Shown here: in pieces, positions 17,024 to 22,224 of the stretch | Layout: the number at the start of each line of letters is the position of its first letter | How positions within the stretch are numbered: position 1 is the stretch's first letter | Source of the DNA: Candidatus Heimdallarchaeota archaeon | GTDB taxonomy: Archaea; Asgardarchaeota; Wukongarchaeia; Wukongarchaeales; JBHIFL01 | Assembly (NCBI GenBank): GCA_046761065.1 | Contig: JBHIFL010000064.1 | Coordinates: 1-22,224, forward strand | DNA: 22,224 bases | Direction: 5' to 3' | Notes under the pieces: model-generated | What the model was told of the DNA's origin: nothing | Database searches by the model: none | Seen by the model: the letters and a program-made list of their open reading frames with translations, nothing else | Made by a program: the position numbers and the translations under genes

Positions 17024-17860
17024 TTATGAATCCTTTTCATCTGGTTTTTTAATGAATTTCGCTGCTAGGTTCTTTGTCGTTTCTAATTCTTGGAGTTTTC
17101 CTTCTTTTTTGGATCTTTGCGGGGCTGTGAGGATGCGTTGAGCCACATGCTGGGCCAAGATGATCTGAGTTGCCTTTTCTACTACATACTTATCAAGAAA
17201 GATCGTTATTCGATTACCAATCCGGGAGGCATTTTGGGTAAAGATGAGAGTTAAAATCCCTGCTAGGATGGGGAAAACGATCACAGATTCTTCTTGAAGC
17301 CAGAAATCTTTAATACCCGCTCCAACAAACGAAAAAACCATTCCTGAGAGGAATAAGCCTGCCAAAGAAATGGTTGCTAGGAGAGTTAAGGCGTGAATTC
17401 CTATTGTCGATTCTACTCCGACCAAGGTTTTCCTCTCAAGCTCCCTGAGAGTAATCTTACCTTGTATCCTACCAAACTTGGAGGGCGCTTCAAACATGAG
17501 GGGTGAATGTTTAGAGTAGGCAATGATCCACCCTTTTTCCAGTAGCAGATCCTCGGTGATTTTTCGCGCTTGTTTCAAGGGAAGGTCCAAGTATTCGATA
17601 CTGAAATCTTTTGCAGCACTAGGAATGACTAAGGCAAAGAGAGCTACAAAACCCATAGAATAGGTCATCAGGATGATTCCTTTGGTAGTAAGAGTAAGAT
17701 CTGAGGAGTAAAGAAGTACCATTAAGATTTCAGACATTGCTACAAGATATGGTAGTTGTCCAAGCCGATCTACATTCTTTTTAAGGGGCAAGAGGATTAA
17801 GAAACTCATTAATGGAGTAAAAAAAAGTGTAATCCAGACAAAAAGATGTTCAGTCACCAA
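17024..17860 (-). CDS. Hypothetical membrane protein (about 3 TM, soluble alpha/beta segment, 2 TM, charged tail)
   Basis: Long ORF with clear hydrophobic segments; starts 10 bp after the stop of the upstream gene, with a TGAGGA SD. Confidence 0.7.
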   Translation of the reverse strand: MVTEHLFVWITLFFTPLMSFLILLPLKKNVDRLGQLPYLVAMSEILMVLLYSSDLTLTTKGIILMTYSMGFVALFALVIPSAAKDFSIEYLDLPLKQARKITEDLLLEKGWIIAYSKHSPLMFEAPSKFGRIQGKITLRELERKTLVGVESTIGIHALTLLATISLAGLFLSGMVFSFVGAGIKDFWLQEESVIVFPILAGILTLIFTQNASRIGNRITIFLDKYVVEKATQIILAQHVAQRILTAPQRSKKEGKLQELETTKNLAAKFIKKPDEKDS

Positions 17861-17870
17861 TTTAAAATCC

Positions 17871-18350
17871 TCATTCAGTTGAGTCGCGTCTCTCTTCCTT
17901 TTTTCGCTCTAAAATCTTTCGAGCAAGAACAACTGCTTTTATTTGATCATTTTTTACATCCGCGGGGGATTCTGAATCTTTTGACTCAACTGAAGTGTCG
18001 ATTCCTAGTGTCTCGCCTAAAAAGACTGATGTGGCAGCAGCAAGGCCCCGACTTGTTCGGTGGAGTTTCTCATACCCTTTATCGATCATTTTCGACAAAT
18101 CGGGCATGGAAACCTCGGGTTTTGGCTCTGTTGGCTTTGGTTCTATAGGTGATTCCGATTTTTCGATGTCCTTTGCGTCTTCTGTTGGTGCGGTCTCCGC
18201 AATTGAGGTGTGATAGGCGTGTTTGGCCTTTTCAAGCGGGCTCCGCTCTTTTAAAGTATTTTTGTGTTTTTTTATTTCCTCTTGAATCTTTTTTTTCGAA
18301 AGTTCTGCAATTTTTTTCTTGGAAACCACACAATCACCTACCGGTTCCAA
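17871..18350 (-). CDS. Hypothetical soluble, charged, partly low-complexity protein
   Basis: Lys/Glu-rich helices and a PIEPKPTEPKPE linker; probable start GTG 18329 after a GGTGA SD; closely spaced with the downstream gene. Confidence 0.7.
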   Translation of the reverse strand: MEPVGDCVVSKKKIAELSKKKIQEEIKKHKNTLKERSPLEKAKHAYHTSIAETAPTEDAKDIEKSESPIEPKPTEPKPEVSMPDLSKMIDKGYEKLHRTSRGLAAATSVFLGETLGIDTSVESKDSESPADVKNDQIKAVVLARKILERKKEERRDSTE

Positions 18351-18519
18351 AAGATAATCGGTGAAAATTCTTCAGAGGTCTTTCATTGCAGGAAAGTATA
18401 CTTTCATGAATTTATCCTGCATCAATCGTATGTCACCTACAAGCTGAAAAACACCATAATATTATTACATAATAATGTAGAGAGACTTGGATGATTGCAC
18501 TGTAGTGGAAGTTAATAAT

Positions 18520-18864
18520 TTATCCTGTAGCTTCGCGGGATGAGGTATCTTCTTCAGGCTTCAAACTTGGTTCTGGTTCGGCTTTGAGTTTTGCTGATTC
18601 TTCCTCCGCCTTCTGAAGGACTTCTTGGGCAATTTGTTCAATGGTTTTCCCCTCAGTTTTTATACCCAGCTTTTTCGCCTGTTCAATCAGAAGTTCCTCT
18701 TCTTTTTTCTCTTTCGTTTTTTTTGTCAACGAAGTTCTTCTTGCATCTTCGTATTCTTTTTGGGCGCTACCTAATGCCCGTGCTAGGTCAGGAAGTTTCT
18801 TGGGTCCGATTAACAACAATGCGATAAGAATAATAACCAACCATTCTGTGGATCCAACATTCAA
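18520..18864 (-). CDS. tatA: Twin-arginine translocase TatA/TatE family subunit
   Basis: GSTEWLVIILIALLLIGPKKLPDLARALGSAQKEY (TM, hinge, amphipathic helix); archaeal-type tail AKKLGIKTEGKT; TTG 18864 after AGGAGG. Confidence 0.92.
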   Translation of the reverse strand: MNVGSTEWLVIILIALLLIGPKKLPDLARALGSAQKEYEDARRTSLTKKTKEKKEEELLIEQAKKLGIKTEGKTIEQIAQEVLQKAEEESAKLKAEPEPSLKPEEDTSSREATG

Positions 18865-19343
18865 GTTTCTTGAGTCCTCCTTCAATTATCAATAATAATA
18901 CACCCATTCAACTTTATAAGGATTGAGTTCGGGCGAAATCTATAGGAACCACTCCTACAATATCGAAAAAAGGCACTCATGAAAAGAGAACATATTCAAG
19001 GACTCCATTTTTCCAATACCGAACATATTTATGATTAAAATCCTGCTAATAACCGTAGGATTGAGATAGAAGTTAATTTTTCCCTTTGAGCAAAATAAAT
19101 CATATCAAGTCAATTATCACAAATCTTCTCAATATTAAGCTTAGATCGCTATGTAGGTGATAATTTGTTCAAGGATTCGACAGAAGCACCTGAATCGGTC
19201 ATGAAAGAGCAATTCATGAATATGTCCTCAATATAAACAAAGAAAGATTCTGAAATCCTTATCTTTGGGAAAAGTTAGAATCAAAGAGTTGATTAAATTC
19301 CCCTAGGAGGCGTCTATGCGAGTTATGGGTAAAACTTATTTTA

Positions 19344-19922
19344 TTACCAGAAGTTTCCTCTGTAATATTCGGAAGCGGGGCATCCCTTGCACCGCTCCAT
19401 TTCGTAACTAGCACATTGAGGACAGTTACATTCTACTCCACAAGGCGGCAAATCTTCTTTTTGAAAAGAAAGCTCTACAGGGACAATGAAATCATTACTG
19501 GAGCTTGCAACTATCTCAAATTGAACATTACTTACCTGAGGGTTGCGTCGAACATGTTTATCCACAAAAGCCTCTAATGAGGCGATATCTTCTCCAATCA
19601 TCAATAGACACAAGTTGTTTTGTCCAGAAATAGTTAGTCCATTTAAAAAATAAGGGCAACTTTTGATCGGATTCAGTACTTGCTCAACATTTTGAGTAGT
19701 GACTTCAACTTTTGCAAGATTGAGTCCAATATGTTTAAAATTCATCCCAACAAGAAAAGCAATAGCCCCTTCCTTCTTTAACCGCTGAATTCTGGCACCT
19801 ACGGAAGGTTGAGATAGGTTTACTTGTTGAGCAATATAGCTTTGAGACGCTTCAGGGTTTTTTGCAAGCAACGAAATGATTTGTCGATCTTTCTCATCAA
19901 GTATGCGTTGTTGTCTAGGCAA
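19344..19922 (-). CDS. Lrp/AsnC family transcriptional regulator with C-terminal Cys-rich domain
   Basis: LDEKDRQIISLL...SQSYIAQQVNLSQPSVGARIQRLKKEGAI HTH; RAM-like domain (ISGQNNL); tail CGVECNCPQCASYEMERCKGCP. Confidence 0.9.
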   Translation of the reverse strand: MPRQQRILDEKDRQIISLLAKNPEASQSYIAQQVNLSQPSVGARIQRLKKEGAIAFLVGMNFKHIGLNLAKVEVTTQNVEQVLNPIKSCPYFLNGLTISGQNNLCLLMIGEDIASLEAFVDKHVRRNPQVSNVQFEIVASSSNDFIVPVELSFQKEDLPPCGVECNCPQCASYEMERCKGCPASEYYRGNFW

Positions 19923-20195
19923 TAGGAGTGCCTCAATGATTTTATATATGCAATTTTATATAATATATTCTTATATGTTGTAACTAAAATCCTATTATCT
20001 ATATAAAAACCTACCTTTAATTTTACAAAAATAAAGCTCTTATAATGTGATATAAATTATTTTAATTCCATCAAGTCATTATGATAATGTTTCGTAATTT
20101 AACACGGATAAAATACTCATCTTCTACTTTAAAAATTCTTCTTGACTCAATATCTTACTGCTTCGTAAATTAAATATTTTCGAGATGTCATCTAA

Positions 20196-21440
20196 ATGCG
20201 TACAACCCACATGGTTCAAATTGGACTTTATCATCTGCTTTTTGGAATAGCTGTTGTTGCTCTCGATGGTTTTGTACCTGCACGCCACGAAGTACTTGGC
20301 ATCTCTGCATTGTGGACAGGGATTGTAATCGGGGGTTACAACCTTGCAGAGATATCCCGGATTCCCTTTGGGCTTGTTAGTGACTCAAAATTGCTATTTT
20401 CCAGAAGACGAACCAGCTACATTGTAGTTGGAAACCTCGTGGCAACTTTAGGCTTCCTGACCATTCCTCTGGTCGTTGCCAGCCCTCTTCTTCTCATTTC
20501 TGTTGTCATCTTTGCGTTGGGACTATCATTGGCTGGACCAGCGGCTGACGCGTTGTTAATTGATCTTAGCACCAAAGATGAACGACCGAAAGCAGCAAGT
20601 GCTCTTCATAGCCTAAGGATCTTGGGTTTTGCCTTAGGAGGCATGATGGGAACAGTTCTTCATAGATTAAGAGGCTTTAACTTTATTTTTTATGCGATTG
20701 CAGGAGTTATGCTAGTTTTAACATTTCTTTCTGTATATCATGTACCAGATAGTAGAAAAAAAATAGAGGAAATCCCTTTCATACCCAACAATCAATTACT
20801 AGCGATTCCTCAGGGGGCTAAACTCAAGGAGAACTTAGTTAGGAGGGAAGTTTTGCTAATGGCCCTCTTTCTGTTTGTTTTCCAAATTGGCCTATTCATG
20901 CAGAACGCAATCCTTGAGCGATATGGCGTCAGAGAGCTCCACATGCCGGAAGAACAAGCAGGAACCCTTAATGCAGCGTGGGCTATGGGAACACTCTTAG
21001 CGATTATTTTTACAGGTTTTTTTCTAATAAAAAGACTTGGGAAAATGGCATCCGCTTATATTGGCATCATCGTAGCCGTAATTGGGCTTTTTTTAGTATC
21101 AATAGTGGAGACCTTGAGCCAGTTGTATATCGCCACCTTTGTTTTTGGGATTGGGTCAGGCATAGGAAGTGTACCTCCCATTTCTTTAATGATGGATATC
21201 TGTGAAGTAGGAGGCACAGCGGCAACAATGATCGCATTTTATGGGTTAATTGACGCGTTGGGAAAGGGAATGGCAGCATTTCTTGGTGGTGGCAGCGGAC
21301 AAATACTCGGTTATAGACCAGTATTTCACATCGAGATCCTTGTTTTCCTTATAGCTCTCTTTTTGCTTAGATTGACCTGGGTTGAACATATGAAGACTAA
21401 TCCACCATCCTCTGAGGTCAACGCCGTTAGAAGGAGTTGA
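20196..21440 (+). CDS. MFS transporter, PucC/BCD (bacteriochlorophyll delivery) family-like
   Basis: About 12 TM segments; RIPFGLVSD...RRRTSYI, ALLIDLS...ERPKA, FMQNAILERYG, LNAAWAMGTL resemble PucC signatures (RxxFGxxSD, QDxILEPYG, LNAxWGxGTL). Confidence 0.75.
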   Translation: MRTTHMVQIGLYHLLFGIAVVALDGFVPARHEVLGISALWTGIVIGGYNLAEISRIPFGLVSDSKLLFSRRRTSYIVVGNLVATLGFLTIPLVVASPLLLISVVIFALGLSLAGPAADALLIDLSTKDERPKAASALHSLRILGFALGGMMGTVLHRLRGFNFIFYAIAGVMLVLTFLSVYHVPDSRKKIEEIPFIPNNQLLAIPQGAKLKENLVRREVLLMALFLFVFQIGLFMQNAILERYGVRELHMPEEQAGTLNAAWAMGTLLAIIFTGFFLIKRLGKMASAYIGIIVAVIGLFLVSIVETLSQLYIATFVFGIGSGIGSVPPISLMMDICEVGGTAATMIAFYGLIDALGKGMAAFLGGGSGQILGYRPVFHIEILVFLIALFLLRLTWVEHMKTNPPSSEVNAVRRS

Positions 21441-21612
21441 ACCGTATCATTGAACTTCGTTGAGTTAAAAACCTACCAAGTATCAAATCCAAATTCACCA
21501 ATTCCTCCCTCTCAATCGCTTCTGGTGGGAATTCCCTGCAAGGATTCTCACAAATCCTAATTACAGGATCTCTACAGGTTTTAGCTGAAAATGACATTTT
21601 ATATTTGTTACT

Positions 21613-22065
21613 TCACATGCTTAATAATCCTTTCTCCACTTTATATGCCTGTGCGCAGTGCGTACAACAAAAGGCGAGTGTTTGACCATTTATAATCTCA
21701 TGATAACTTCCTTCAAAGATCTTACAACCGCAATTAGCACAGACTTCCAGACTGGGTTCAATCGCTGCCGAGACGAGGGTGGCGAATCGCTTGAACAGAG
21801 TTTCACAAAGCTCCCGTCCTTGAGCTGTAAGTTTATATTCCTTTTTCTCCTTTTTTCCTATTTTCTTTATTGTTTGACTTATTAGACCTCTATCTTGAAG
21901 TTTCTGTAAAAAAGGATAAACCAAACTGGGGCTGATTTCTCTTCCAATTCTTTTCTTAAATTCACTCAAAATCTTATACCCATGTTGTGGTCCTTCGTAG
22001 AGTAACAAAAGGATCTGAAATCTGGAAAAATCGGAAAGAAACTTATTTGTGTCGATTTCGCTCAT
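21613..22065 (-). CDS. PadR family transcriptional regulator with C-terminal TRASH/YHS-like metal-binding domain
   Basis: ILLLLYEGPQHGYKI, SPSLVYPFLQKL, KKEYKLTAQG; tail CANC-x20-CCTHC. Confidence 0.88.
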   Translation of the reverse strand: MSEIDTNKFLSDFSRFQILLLLYEGPQHGYKILSEFKKRIGREISPSLVYPFLQKLQDRGLISQTIKKIGKKEKKEYKLTAQGRELCETLFKRFATLVSAAIEPSLEVCANCGCKIFEGSYHEIINGQTLAFCCTHCAQAYKVEKGLLSM

Positions 22066-22173
22066 AATTTACACCTAAATATATTTTGATATTAAAATAA
22101 GATCCGTGTAATGTTATTAAAGATATATATGGCCTTTCATTTAAAAATATATCTTATAATAATATATTATAGG

Positions 22174-22224
22174 GTGCTTGAGAAATTACCATTCGGAGAG
22201 CCGCTGCAGGGCCTGCTTGTCCTG
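22174..22224 (+). other. Possible 5' end of a gene divergent from padR, truncated by the window edge
   Basis: Abrupt change from AT-rich to GC-richer sequence. Two open frames: GTG 22174 (VLEKLPFGEPLQGLLVL) and TTG 22178 (LRNYHSESRCRACLS). Confidence 0.3.

Noticed and set aside
10360-21440. Photosynthesis gene cluster (BchE-like rSAM plus PucC)
   Set aside because: No chelatase, reaction-centre or bch genes are present; the B12-rSAM architecture is generic and the two genes are over 8 kb apart.
8348-21885. Many 60-150 aa ORFs nested in or antisense to the assigned genes (e.g. 8657-9103, 11085-11459, 16519-16869, 17846-18148)
   Set aside because: They are shadow ORFs of well-supported genes with no recognisable motifs.

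Overview
A gene-dense, AT-rich archaeal-looking window. The archaeal call rests on GGAGG/GGTGA Shine-Dalgarno sites, TTWAATA TATA-like boxes, an archaeal-type TatA tail and a group-4 hydrogenase-type fold; an Asgard- or Bathyarchaeia-like origin is an inference, not shown. No rRNA, tRNA, CRISPR array or transposase is visible. All calls come from motif reading, not database searches. Left part: an AbiEii/DUF1814-like nucleotidyltransferase followed by a calcineurin-like phosphoesterase, a GT87 glycosyltransferase, an atypical SDR, a winged-HTH regulator and a small basic ORF with shared 10-bp-phased upstream repeats, RidA, a CaiB/AMACR-like enzyme, a pseudogene absent from the ORF track (PNPOx-like), ZupT and a classical SDR. 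Centre: a co-oriented run of B12-radical SAM, a group-4 [NiFe]-hydrogenase large-subunit homolog, tatC, mobA, moeA and mobB. It converges on tatA plus two unknown genes, one with a tail resembling the TatA C-terminus. The hydrogenase homolog is intact but has lost three of four Ni-ligating Cys and the canopy Arg, and has no partner subunits nearby. Right part: an Lrp/AsnC regulator with a 6-Cys tail, a PucC/BCD-family MFS transporter and a PadR-TRASH regulator. Best candidates for an undescribed system: (1) the pseudo-hydrogenase/Tat/Moco locus with its TatA-tail-like protein, (2) the nucleotidyltransferase-phosphoesterase pair, (3) the HTH plus small-protein mini-regulon.
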